Assembly (NCBI GenBank): GCA_023954715.1
Contig: JAGSHD010000001.1
Span: 236,468-300,467 of the forward strand
Direction: 5' to 3'
Source of the DNA: Candidatus Cloacimonadota bacterium
GTDB lineage: Bacteria; Muiribacteriota; UBA6191
DNA: 64,000 nt
The translations under genes were made by a program, and so were the position numbers. The notes beneath the pieces were generated by a model. That model searched no databases and was not told the origin of the DNA. It saw nothing but the letters and a program-made list of their open reading frames with translations. The number at the start of each line of letters is the position of its first letter. Position 1 is the first letter of the stretch. Below, in pieces: positions 30,210 through 39,720 of the stretch.

Positions 30210-31517
30210 TTAAATATTAGGTTTAATATTTTCACGATATATAGCTTTAGCGATAGCATCTTCATAAGTAATGATATTTTGATGATATAAACTATTTAAA
30301 CAAGCATCCATAGAAATCATTCCTAGTTTAGTCCCTGTTTGAATCGCTGAATTTATTTGATAAGTTTTACCTTCCCGAATCAAGTTGGCAATAGCACTTG
30401 TTACAAGTAAAATCTCTCTAGCTGCCACTCGGCCACCACCAATTTTAGGGATCAATTGCTGAGAAATAATCCCCCGTAAAGTCGTTGAGAGTTGAGCTCG
30501 AATCTGATCTTGCTGGAAAGAAGGAAAAACATCTACAATTCTATCTACAGTTTGTGCCGCATCTTGTGTATGTAATGTTGATAAAACCATGTGACCCGTC
30601 TCAGCAGCTGATATAGCAGCACTAATGGTCTCTAAATCTCTCATCTCTCCCACTAAAATTGTATCTGGATCTTGTCTCAAAACATATCTTAGAGCTACAG
30701 TAAAAGACTCTGTATCAGTTTTTAACTCTCGTTGATCAACGATACAGTTTTTATGTTTGTGCACGTACTCAATAGGGTCTTCAACGGTAATAATATGACC
30801 ATGTTTCTTTTCGTTAATCAAATCAACCATCGCCGCCAAAGTTGAGGATTTACCTGAACCAGTTGGACCTGTAACCAAAACTAATCCTCTAGGCAATAAA
30901 GCTAAAGATTCGATCGGCTTACTTAAACCAAGCTCTTTAAAAGTAGGGATGCTCTCTGTAATTGCTCTAAATGCAGCACTTACACATCTTTTTTGACGAT
31001 AAACATTAACTCTGTATCTAGCAATACCAGGTACAGATAAAGATAAATCTAACTCATGGGTTGCTTCGTACTCTGCTATTTGGTCCTGCCGCAAGATGGA
31101 ATAAACCATCTTTTTAACCATATCACTGTTTAAAATTGGGAACTTATCTCTTTCAATCTTACCGTTAACTCTAAACATTGGAGGTAAACCAACTGAAAAG
31201 ATAATATCAGAACTTCCTCTGTCTTTACTTCTTGCAAGACATTTAAACATTTCTTCTTGAGAGGTTCCGAACCCTTGTGGGCTCTTAGATACTTCTTGTT
31301 GAGGGTTGCCTGAACTTTGAGAAGATACTGCTTGTGGTGGAGCACTTGTTGGTGCTGCAGCTTGAGGCCGTTGAGTTTGCTGAGGTCTTTGAGCTTGTGG
31401 TGCTGCTGTACCGGTCGGTCTGGCAACTCTTTGCTCTGGACGAGCCTGTCTTTGCTGATTTTGCTCTGCATTTGGATTTGGTTTACTTTTTCCGAGTCTG
31501 GGCAAACTGATAGCCAT
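30210..31517 (-). CDS. pilT: type IV pilus retraction ATPase PilT family, with ~95-aa Gln/Pro/Ala-rich N-terminal extension
   Basis: Walker A VLVTGPTGSGKSST. GEMRD, HTQDA and other PilT/PilU signatures. The preferred start is the ATG at complement(31515..31517), preceded by AAGGAGAGAGAT. The extension sequence is ...QRQARPEQRVARPTGTAAPQAQRPQQTQRPQAAAPTSAPPQAVSSQ.... Confidence 0.85.
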   Translation of the reverse strand: MAISLPRLGKSKPNPNAEQNQQRQARPEQRVARPTGTAAPQAQRPQQTQRPQAAAPTSAPPQAVSSQSSGNPQQEVSKSPQGFGTSQEEMFKCLARSKDRGSSDIIFSVGLPPMFRVNGKIERDKFPILNSDMVKKMVYSILRQDQIAEYEATHELDLSLSVPGIARYRVNVYRQKRCVSAAFRAITESIPTFKELGLSKPIESLALLPRGLVLVTGPTGSGKSSTLAAMVDLINEKKHGHIITVEDPIEYVHKHKNCIVDQRELKTDTESFTVALRYVLRQDPDTILVGEMRDLETISAAISAAETGHMVLSTLHTQDAAQTVDRIVDVFPSFQQDQIRAQLSTTLRGIISQQLIPKIGGGRVAAREILLVTSAIANLIREGKTYQINSAIQTGTKLGMISMDACLNSLYHQNIITYEDAIAKAIYRENIKPNI

Positions 31518-31785
31518 ATCTCTCTCCTTTTGATTCATTATCGGTCTTACCTAAACACACATTTAGCAGATACAGAAACTAAACTTGCTAAATTCTGGAA
31601 TCAAAAATCTTGTGATAAAGATAAGTAGTTCAAAATGGTATCAAATTAATCCATAAAAAGAAATTCGATTGACGGCTATTAAGTGCTTTGTTACACTTCC
31701 CGATTCAAAAAATATAACAATATAAATAATAAATAAATAATTTAACAACAATTAAAACATTCACTTGAATGTCTGGAGCTAACAA

Positions 31786-33345
31786 ATGAAAAACTTATTA
31801 AAAGGTTTAGCAGTATCAGCTTGTATCGCAGGTCTATCCACAAATATATACGCAGGAACATTTTCTGACGTTCCTCAAGGACATTGGTCTTACAAAGCTG
31901 TTGAAGAAGTATCAGCTAAAGGTATCATCAAAGGATACAAAGAAAAATTTGGTGGAGAACGAAACGTTTCTCGATACGAAATGGCATTAATCGTTTCTAG
32001 ATTATTGAATGCAGTATCAAAGGGAGCAACAGTTCCTGCTGGAGCAAACGCTGACTTAGTAGAGTTAGTTCAAGAGTTTGGTAACGAACTTGCTTTAATG
32101 GGCGCTAAAGTTGATGTAGTTGCTGCAAAAGCTGACAAAAACGAAAAAAGAATCGAAGCACTTGAGTCTTCATCATCAAATATTGGTGTTGGTGGAATCA
32201 AAATGAAAGGTTACATGGGCTTAAGATGGCAAGGTCATTTTGCTGATGGAATGTCAGATGTAGTAAGCAGTGATCCTCAAGCTAAAATTGATTTAGGTTT
32301 CTCTGGAAAGTTAAACGATAAATCTAACTGGGGTATCAACTTCGGAACTGGATCTACTCAAAAGCCTAACTCATCATGGACTACATTTGGTGGATCATCT
32401 GCTTTTGGTAAGACTGATTTCAACCTAACTAAATTCTTTTTTGATTACCAAGCAACAGATGATTTAAAATTTGTAGTTGGAAAGCAAGATAATCCTTTCA
32501 AAAACACTGAACTTGTATTTGATGCAGACGTTAAGCCTGCTGGTATCAGTGAAAGCTACAAAATCAATGATAAGTGGTCTGTATCTGCTGGACAATACTT
32601 TGTAAAAGAAGGTTATGCTAATGGTACTGGTGGAACTGGTGTTGCTGCAGCTGCTGGAGCAAAACTAGGACAAGAAGACGTTGGTTTATTTGCTCACGGT
32701 GTTAGCTTTAACGATAAGCGTGGAAACAGCGCATGGACAGTTAATGCTAGTAACTTAAACTTTACTGGAGAGCAATACTTACATCCAGCTCAAACCGGTG
32801 GTGAAGGCGTAATTAATAGAATCGCTTCTGCAACAGGAACTACTTTTGCTGATTCTAACTCTGCAAGATCTGGTAACTATTATAACCAAGATGCAACAGG
32901 TGCTGCTCATACTCGAAATGCAACTACTGCAAACAGAGCAAATAGATTATTATCTGATTTCAACTTGTTCAACATCTTCATCGGATGGGAAAATCAAGCT
33001 AATGCGAATGACCCATGGGGTGTTAAGTTGGATTACGTTGTAAACAACTCAGCATGGAATGGCGATGATTCTGGACTTTGGTTCGAAATCTACAGAGGTC
33101 GATTATCTCAAAAAGGTGACGTAAGATACGGTTACCAGTACAAGCGTGTTGAAGCTGACGCTACTCTTGCTTGGATGAACGAAGATCAACTAGGAACAAA
33201 CGTTAAAGGTTCTGCAGTTTATGTACAAAATAGACTACGTGACAACATTGACTGGGTTACAACATATTTCTTGTTTGAGCCAGTACATGGTGTAAGCACA
33301 GATAAGTCTGGATTCTTACGAACTGGATTTGCTTTAACATTCTAA
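31786..33345 (+). CDS. SLH-domain outer-membrane protein (N-terminal SLH + coiled-coil linker + C-terminal beta-barrel; OmpM/Slp-like)
   Basis: Signal peptide. SLH motif FSDVPQGHWSYKAVEEVSAKGIIKGY...VSRYEMALIVSRLL. Coiled-coil ADKNEKRIEALESS. Gly/aromatic-rich amphipathic strands ending ...LRTGFALTF (OMP beta-signal). Confidence 0.7.
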   Translation: MKNLLKGLAVSACIAGLSTNIYAGTFSDVPQGHWSYKAVEEVSAKGIIKGYKEKFGGERNVSRYEMALIVSRLLNAVSKGATVPAGANADLVELVQEFGNELALMGAKVDVVAAKADKNEKRIEALESSSSNIGVGGIKMKGYMGLRWQGHFADGMSDVVSSDPQAKIDLGFSGKLNDKSNWGINFGTGSTQKPNSSWTTFGGSSAFGKTDFNLTKFFFDYQATDDLKFVVGKQDNPFKNTELVFDADVKPAGISESYKINDKWSVSAGQYFVKEGYANGTGGTGVAAAAGAKLGQEDVGLFAHGVSFNDKRGNSAWTVNASNLNFTGEQYLHPAQTGGEGVINRIASATGTTFADSNSARSGNYYNQDATGAAHTRNATTANRANRLLSDFNLFNIFIGWENQANANDPWGVKLDYVVNNSAWNGDDSGLWFEIYRGRLSQKGDVRYGYQYKRVEADATLAWMNEDQLGTNVKGSAVYVQNRLRDNIDWVTTYFLFEPVHGVSTDKSGFLRTGFALTF

Positions 33346-33354
33346 GTTAAACAC

Positions 33355-33393
33355 AAAAAGCCCTCTATTCTTTTGAGTAGAGGGCTTTTTTTT
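33355..33393 (+). terminator. rho-independent terminator
   Basis: aaaaaGCCCTCTAttcttttgagTAGAGGGCtttttttt directly after the SLH-porin stop. Confidence 0.8.
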
Positions 33394-33614
33394 ATACTTT
33401 CAAATCAACGTAAATGTTAGTTGTAAAAAAATAAGCCTTAAACTAACTTAAAGCTTACATAAAAACTATGTAACTATTAAGCTACAATTTTTCAATTTGT
33501 CCACAATGGTATATACCATTTAGATACATCAACAAAGTAGAAACTGCGAAAAACTTGTAACTTCCTCTCCTTTTATCGGAGTGACAACTTAAATAATTAC
33601 AAAACTATAATGAT

Positions 33615-34763
33615 TTAATATAGTGAATAGTTCTCCATAACATCAAAGATATGTTGTCCCTCTTGTACAGCACTCGAGGAAGTCATATTAATCATAATAC
33701 AATCATCATTACAAACAACAGGAGTCAAAGCTTGATTTAGATTTAAGTCCTCATTCAAATGAGATAGATTTAATAATCTAACTATAGAGTCCCCTTTTTT
33801 AGAAAACTCTCCCGGTAGGGTATCGTAGTGTAAAAAACCTCCAGATGGAGCATAATAGGTCTTAAAATCATCCAGATTGCAGTAATATTGATGGATTTGC
33901 GTGTCTACTTTTGGGTCCTCTAACAAAAACCCCTTTTTATAGAGATAATTTAAAACACCTTGTAAATCTTGCTGCGCTTTATCTAAATCAATTTTTTCTT
34001 GTGAACCTAACTCCAGAGTATAAGCTTCTTGATCAACTTTAAAGTCTCTATTTTGCTTTTTCAACTCACTAGCCAAATTTAGCCAAGGCATAAAAGAAGC
34101 TTCATCTAAGGCCCCCGAAAAATCATGTGGTATGAGTAAAGTATGTTTAAAAAGTAAATCTTTAGCAGAATCTTTAGAATACTCAGGCGCGTATAACCAT
34201 CGAGTTGCCACTCCCCCAGTATGTAAGTCCAAAACATAATCAGCTTGAGTTGACATTAGCTGTAAATGAATAGCTAGTAGATCATCATCACTAACTCCAT
34301 ATGAAGAGTGTAAACAACCTTCAAGATGCTTTTTCATAAAAGATTTGTAGGCAATAACAATCTCTTTATCTGATAGAGATAAGTTCTTTTTTATAAAATC
34401 GGGTAAGTTAAAATCATCTTTAGAGTATTCATCTTTCAACTCACTAAAATTTAGATAATTTCGGTTCCAGTTATTACCCGAATTTGGATTATATCTACCA
34501 ACCGTATAGTCCCCTGATTTTAAGTTTACACCAACTGGATTAGCCATAGGGTTGATAGTGATAGAACCACAAAAAGAGTGGGACTTTAAATAGGCTAACA
34601 AATGATAGATTAGAGCGTTTCCTTGTAGCTCCGCTCCATGAAGCGAAGATTGTACATAGACGTGAGGACCTTCTTGATCACTCTCTATATCAAACACCGT
34701 TAATTTATGATTTTCTCCATTAGTTCGTTCTTTTAAAGGAACCGTTCTTTTGGTTACTTTCAT
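33615..34763 (-). CDS. AstE/AspA-family (succinylglutamate desuccinylase/aspartoacylase-like) zinc deacylase; last gene of the lys/dap operon
   Basis: HVYVQSSLHGAELQGNALIYHLLAYL resembles the Zn-binding H-x-x-E region of the AstE_AspA family. There is an 8-nt gap after lysA on the same strand. Confidence 0.55.
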   Translation of the reverse strand: MKVTKRTVPLKERTNGENHKLTVFDIESDQEGPHVYVQSSLHGAELQGNALIYHLLAYLKSHSFCGSITINPMANPVGVNLKSGDYTVGRYNPNSGNNWNRNYLNFSELKDEYSKDDFNLPDFIKKNLSLSDKEIVIAYKSFMKKHLEGCLHSSYGVSDDDLLAIHLQLMSTQADYVLDLHTGGVATRWLYAPEYSKDSAKDLLFKHTLLIPHDFSGALDEASFMPWLNLASELKKQNRDFKVDQEAYTLELGSQEKIDLDKAQQDLQGVLNYLYKKGFLLEDPKVDTQIHQYYCNLDDFKTYYAPSGGFLHYDTLPGEFSKKGDSIVRLLNLSHLNEDLNLNQALTPVVCNDDCIMINMTSSSAVQEGQHIFDVMENYSLY

Positions 34764-34771
34764 TATTTCTC

Positions 34772-35965
34772 CTATCTAAGCCACCATGAGGCATCAACAC
34801 TATCTCTTAATATCTTTGTTTTTTTATCTTTTACGATTACTTCTGCTGGTAAATCATGACATAAAAAAAATGGCATGCTTTCAGTAAAGCCATAAGCTCC
34901 GCATTGAGAAAATAACAACACATCCCCTATTTTTGTATCGTCTGGCAAGTTGTGTAGTCCTACAGTATCTAAAGAGCTACACAAAGGTCCATGTAATTGA
35001 AACTCTCTCAATTCGTCTTTCGAACTAGATAAAGATTTTATAGGAAAAGATTGATTTGTTAAAACAGGTCGAATCAAATGATTCATTCCCCCTTCTAAAA
35101 CCAAAATATCTTTACCTCGAACTATCTTTCTATCAATTACATGACTCATGTAATAACCAAATTCACCAATAGCAAAACGCCCTAATTCAATGTAGATCTC
35201 TTCAAAAATATTTTCACTTAAAACTTTTGATAAGTAGGTGCAGACTTGAGTCATATCAAGAGGACTCCCATTGGCATAAGGAATCCCCCATCCTCCTCCA
35301 AAATCAATCACTTTACAAGCTACATTGATTTGTGTAGCCAAATTTTGACACTCATGAATTATGCTTTTCCATATAGTGTATAACTCTTGAGCATCTAGGA
35401 TGTTTCCCCACTGAAAAACATGAAACCCTTCAAATCTTAAAAAAGAGTATTTATCTACAGCAACCTCTTGCCATTGATCTATATCCAAACCAAAAGCTGT
35501 AATATTATTGCCTCCAAGCACTGACTCTCCAGACTCAGGCCAGACTAGCTGAACTCGCAATAATACTCTTGGGGTTAGATCTAGAGACTCTGATAACTCA
35601 TTCAAGTCATATAATTGAGTTTTACTCTCAATAACAAATAGATTAACACCTTTTTTTAAATAAATTTCTAAATGTTTTTTACTTTTTGCTGGTCCTGTTA
35701 CAATAATATCTTGTGGATTTACCCCGCAAGACAAAGCTTGTTTAAACTCTCCAATACTAGCTACATCAATCCCAATTTTATTTTTATTTACACATTTTAT
35801 AACAGAGGATAAAGGGTTTGCTTTTGTTGCATAATAAGCTTTCACCTGTGTTGGTAACGATTGGACTAGATCATTTAAGTGGATATCAAAACTATCAATA
35901 TCATAAACAAATGTTGAACCCTGTTGCTGAGAATAAATCTCTCTAAACTGATCCTCTTGAATCAT
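34772..35965 (-). CDS. lysA: diaminopimelate decarboxylase (fold-III PLP decarboxylase)
   Basis: PLP-lysine motif YATKANP. Orn/DAP/Arg decarboxylase architecture. Sits in the dap operon and overlaps dapD by 4 nt. Confidence 0.7.
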   Translation of the reverse strand: MIQEDQFREIYSQQQGSTFVYDIDSFDIHLNDLVQSLPTQVKAYYATKANPLSSVIKCVNKNKIGIDVASIGEFKQALSCGVNPQDIIVTGPAKSKKHLEIYLKKGVNLFVIESKTQLYDLNELSESLDLTPRVLLRVQLVWPESGESVLGGNNITAFGLDIDQWQEVAVDKYSFLRFEGFHVFQWGNILDAQELYTIWKSIIHECQNLATQINVACKVIDFGGGWGIPYANGSPLDMTQVCTYLSKVLSENIFEEIYIELGRFAIGEFGYYMSHVIDRKIVRGKDILVLEGGMNHLIRPVLTNQSFPIKSLSSSKDELREFQLHGPLCSSLDTVGLHNLPDDTKIGDVLLFSQCGAYGFTESMPFFLCHDLPAEVIVKDKKTKILRDSVDASWWLR

Positions 35966-36705
35966 CTTAGAGCTTCTTCAAGGGTTAATGATGCATCACT
36001 TTTATCATCTCTATATTTAATAATGATAGGACAATTTAACTGAAGACCCTGAACATTTGCCCATTTATTACTTGGATTAAATGGTCGTGTCCCTGAGACT
36101 ACAACAGCTCCCGTTGGAACATCAGCCCCTCTTTCTAAAATTTCATTATTTACTGCATCATAGATAGATACGCCTCTAGACAAAGTTACTCCAGGAGCAA
36201 TCACAGCTCTTTCTCTCACAACGATTCCTTCAACGATAACACTACCAGCTCCCACAAATACATTATCTTCTAGTACTACAGGAGCCATTCCAATAGGCTC
36301 TAAAACTCCACCGATTTGCACTCCAGCCGATAGATGAACATGTTTCCCTATTTGGGCACATGATCCAACTAATGCGTGAGAGTCCACCATAGAGCCTTCA
36401 TCTACATAAGCTCCCACATTGATATAGGCTGGAGGCATGATAATTACACCCTTAGCAACATAAGCACCTCGTCGTACAGAAGACCCTCCTGGTACTAAAC
36501 GAACACCATCATCTACAGTAAACTCTCTAGGCATTAAAGTATCTTTATCTACAAAACCATTAAAAGCTACACTAGCTCCTGCTTTGAATGCTTCTAAAAT
36601 AGAGTGTTTTACTCGTATATCTGCTTCCCATTGCCCTTTTTCATTTTTATTGGCTGATCTCAGCTCACCACTCTCTAATTTATCTAATACTTCATCAAAA
36701 GTCAT
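35962..36705 (-). CDS. dapD: 2,3,4,5-tetrahydropyridine-2,6-dicarboxylate N-succinyltransferase
   Basis: Strong identity to E. coli DapD across the hexapeptide-repeat core ([40 protein letters not shown] vs [40 protein letters not shown]). Confidence 0.85.
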   Translation of the reverse strand: [247 protein letters not shown]

Positions 36706-36739
36706 ATAATATCCGTTTGTAAATAATGTTTGTATCTAA

Positions 36740-37654
36740 CTATCTCTCAAAAACTAAAGGCGCACTAAATTTTTGCATTTCAGTGTCGTACCATGCCATC
36801 ATTTTAGCATGAGCTTTTGCCACTAATACATGGTTATCAAAATCTAAAATTGTTAACGGAGCTTTTAAATTAGGAGTCGAAATTTTATTCAAAGAGTCCA
36901 GCAACGCTTTAACAGGAATTGGGTTAGTCGAACAAAACATGGCAGCAGAACAAAAGTCCCAGGTTTCTTCTGATGAGAAACTTCCCTCTAAACACTGCTT
37001 TACGTAAAGGTTTGTCTCGTGGGGCCAAACGTTTGAAGAAACAGAAACAAGACCTTTTGCGCCATGTTTTGCAAATTGGGGTAAAAGTCCATCATCGCCT
37101 GAATACACTCTAATCTTTGGCGCTGCTTCTACGAACTCTGCAAAACTCTCAACAGATCCGCTTGCTTCTTTTATAGCCCAAAAGTTTTCATGGTTTTGTA
37201 AATCTTTAACCGTCTCTATGTGTAAAGATATACCGGTTCTTGATGGGACATTGTAAAGCATACATGGTTTTATTGCTAAATCCAAAAGTTGTTGAAACCA
37301 CGCTGTCTGACCATGTCTAGAAGGTTTCATGTATAAGGGAGTCACTAATAGATAAGCATCCAAATTTAAAGTATTAATATACTCTACCCAATTTGTAGTA
37401 TTTTCTATATTTATACCACCAACTCCTACCATTAAAGGAGTATCTGGAGCTAAATTAATAACATAACTTAAAATAGACTTTTTTTCTTCTAAAGATAAGC
37501 AAAGAGATTCACCCGTTGAACCTAGTAACAGTATTCCATTTTTAGCTCTTGATTGCTCCTCTACCAAAGTAGACAAACTTATAAAATCAATAGAACCATT
37601 GTCATTCAAAGGGGTTACTAATGCTGTCCAGCATTTAACTTCATTCAATTTCAT
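36740..37654 (-). CDS. dapA: 4-hydroxy-tetrahydrodipicolinate synthase
   Basis: TALVTPLNDNGSIDF...LLLGSTGESLCLSLEEK...YNVPSRTG are DapA/DHDPS motifs. Confidence 0.8.
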   Translation of the reverse strand: MKLNEVKCWTALVTPLNDNGSIDFISLSTLVEEQSRAKNGILLLGSTGESLCLSLEEKKSILSYVINLAPDTPLMVGVGGINIENTTNWVEYINTLNLDAYLLVTPLYMKPSRHGQTAWFQQLLDLAIKPCMLYNVPSRTGISLHIETVKDLQNHENFWAIKEASGSVESFAEFVEAAPKIRVYSGDDGLLPQFAKHGAKGLVSVSSNVWPHETNLYVKQCLEGSFSSEETWDFCSAAMFCSTNPIPVKALLDSLNKISTPNLKAPLTILDFDNHVLVAKAHAKMMAWYDTEMQKFSAPLVFER

Positions 37655-38316
37655 CTCATTCCTTCCAAAACCAAATCTCTAAACTCATATAAACCTGGTT
37701 GTCTTTTTTTAAGCAGTTGATTTGCTGCCCATATTGCACCACTAGCAAACAATGCCCTATCCTGTGCATCATGACTTATTTTCAAGGTTTCATAAGGTGT
37801 TTCAACTTTTAGCTCATGAAACCCTATTACATCACCTTCTCTTGCAGAAGATATCTCACAGTCCTGAGACACCCAATCCTGCCATTTAAGCGCCGTACCA
37901 CTCGGAGCATCAAGTTTTTTAGTATGATGTACTTCGTGAATACTATAATTAGAGTTTTCAAATAGATCCGAAAATCCATTTAAAGACTCTAGTATTGACT
38001 GGACCACATTCATAACTAAACTAAAATTGGCTGCTAAAACCCATTTGGATTGGCTAGCTATAATATTAGCCTCCAAATCATCTGGTAAATCAAAGCCTGT
38101 CGAACCGCTTACTACTGGTATTTTACTATCAAGTAAAATGGGGATGATTGACACAAACACGTCCCCTGACACAAACACAATAGCAACATCACACAGCAGT
38201 AAGCGTTCAACACTAACCTTATTTTTTGAATCAAAAACTACAACTTCGTAATCTTTTGATAACTCAGCTACTTTAGAGCCAGTTTTACCATTACCTATCA
38301 GAGCAATTTTTTTCAT
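37651..38316 (-). CDS. dapB: 4-hydroxy-tetrahydrodipicolinate reductase (short form)
   Basis: N-terminal dinucleotide-binding KIALIGNGKTGSKV. Positioned between lysC and dapA with 4-nt overlaps. Shorter than canonical DapB (221 aa), hence moderate confidence. Confidence 0.55.
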   Translation of the reverse strand: MKKIALIGNGKTGSKVAELSKDYEVVVFDSKNKVSVERLLLCDVAIVFVSGDVFVSIIPILLDSKIPVVSGSTGFDLPDDLEANIIASQSKWVLAANFSLVMNVVQSILESLNGFSDLFENSNYSIHEVHHTKKLDAPSGTALKWQDWVSQDCEISSAREGDVIGFHELKVETPYETLKISHDAQDRALFASGAIWAANQLLKKRQPGLYEFRDLVLEGMR

Positions 38317-39656
38317 TGCTCTGCCTCTTCTAAAAATTCTTTATGTAGAATTTTAACGACTTCTTTACTATTTGAACTATCTACTAAAAAGCATACATTA
38401 TGAGAGCTAGCCCCCATACACAACATTCTAATATTATGATTTGTTAAGTTTAAAAATAGCTTTTGGGCTATACCTTTAGTGTGAGTAATGTTGTTTCCAA
38501 CCAAAGCTATAATACTAAGGTTTTCTTCGAAGTCGATTTGTCCAAACTTAGCTAACTCTTTAATAAACTCTTCATTTTCTTTTATATCCTTATCAATACT
38601 AACAGCTATAGAAATTTCACTCGTAGTAATAAGATCAACACTAATTTTAAAGTTAGAAAAAACTTCAAAAACACTAGCCAAGAAACCACACGCTTCTAGC
38701 ATTCTAGGGTTTTTTATGGTAAGTAAATATTGATCTTGTTTTAAAGCAATGGCTCTAACTATGGGTTTTTGATCCACATGACTTTTTATATATGTCCCTA
38801 AAGTGTCTGGTTCAAAACTTGATGCTAAATAAACCGGAATATCACATTGAATTGCCGGAATCAAAGTACTAGGATGTAATATTTTTGCCCCAAACGTAGC
38901 TAACTCAGCAGCTTCGTCAAAGCTTAACTCATTAATTGATAAGACATTTTCTACAATCCTAGGATCTGTAGTTTTCATTCCCGCCACATCAGTATAAATT
39001 TTAAGTTCTTTTGCTTGTAAGGCTTGTGCCATTAATGCTGCGCTCAAGTCACTTCCACCGCGGCCTAAGGTAGTTGTCACCCCTTTGGCATTGCTCCCAA
39101 TGAAACCTTGCGAAACAATTATGTAATCCTCATTTAATAGAGGATACATCAAGTCATTCACTTTATTTTTGATCTCATCAATCTGAGGTTTTGCACTACA
39201 ATGATTTGAGTCAGTCATCATAACATTTCGAATATCAAAGTTTTTACACAAGCGGTCTCTTTGCTGAATCACATAGCTAAGTAGTAATGAAGAAAGCCTC
39301 TCTCCAATCGAAAGAATCCGATCTTTGGTTCTACTAGAGCAATCATGCAAATATGAAATCCCAAGGGCCAAAGTATGTAGCTCATTGATTAAGGTATCGA
39401 TGGCATAAAACACATCTCTAGAACAGCTTAAATCAGAAGCGATTTGATAATGCTTTTCTTTTAATTTAGTGACTATAGCAACAGATTGAGAAAAATCCTG
39501 ACAAATCTGAACTAGATCATTAGTAGTGCCGCTTGTTGCCGATACCAAAACAACTTTATGGAGAGGGTCAGACAAAACTATGTCAGCGCATCGAGTAATA
39601 CACTCAGCATCTCCAACGGATGTTCCACCAAATTTACAAACTATATAATTTTTCAA
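38313..39656 (-). CDS. lysC: aspartate kinase
   Basis: N-terminal IVCKFGGTSV signature. ACT domains at the C-terminus. The preferred start is the TTG at complement(39654..39656), preceded by a GAGGAAAG RBS. The ORF-track start (GTG at 39737) lies inside the riboswitch. Confidence 0.85.
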   Translation of the reverse strand: MKNYIVCKFGGTSVGDAECITRCADIVLSDPLHKVVLVSATSGTTNDLVQICQDFSQSVAIVTKLKEKHYQIASDLSCSRDVFYAIDTLINELHTLALGISYLHDCSSRTKDRILSIGERLSSLLLSYVIQQRDRLCKNFDIRNVMMTDSNHCSAKPQIDEIKNKVNDLMYPLLNEDYIIVSQGFIGSNAKGVTTTLGRGGSDLSAALMAQALQAKELKIYTDVAGMKTTDPRIVENVLSINELSFDEAAELATFGAKILHPSTLIPAIQCDIPVYLASSFEPDTLGTYIKSHVDQKPIVRAIALKQDQYLLTIKNPRMLEACGFLASVFEVFSNFKISVDLITTSEISIAVSIDKDIKENEEFIKELAKFGQIDFEENLSIIALVGNNITHTKGIAQKLFLNLTNHNIRMLCMGASSHNVCFLVDSSNSKEVVKILHKEFLEEAEQ

Positions 39657-39720
39657 GATCTTTCCTCTATATAATAAGAAGAGGAGGAAAGTTTTAAGAA
39701 TTTGAGTTTTATAAACCCAT

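Noticed and set aside
31248-31250. Internal Met (MFKCLARSKDRGSSD...) as the true PilT start, making the Q/P-rich region non-coding.
   Set aside because: A 300-nt stop-free, GC-enriched stretch is unlikely by chance in this AT-rich genome. A near-consensus SD (AAGGAGAGAGAT) precedes the upstream ATG at complement(31515..31517), whereas the internal ATG has only a weak A/G-rich site. It is kept as an alternative in the finding.
31130-31628. ORFs 31130..31471(-) and 31317..31628(+) predicted in the six-frame track.
   Set aside because: These are artefacts of the locally GC-rich, low-complexity coding sequence of the PilT N-terminal extension. Their translations are pure repeats (e.g. CCS/LSL/LW strings) with no start context.
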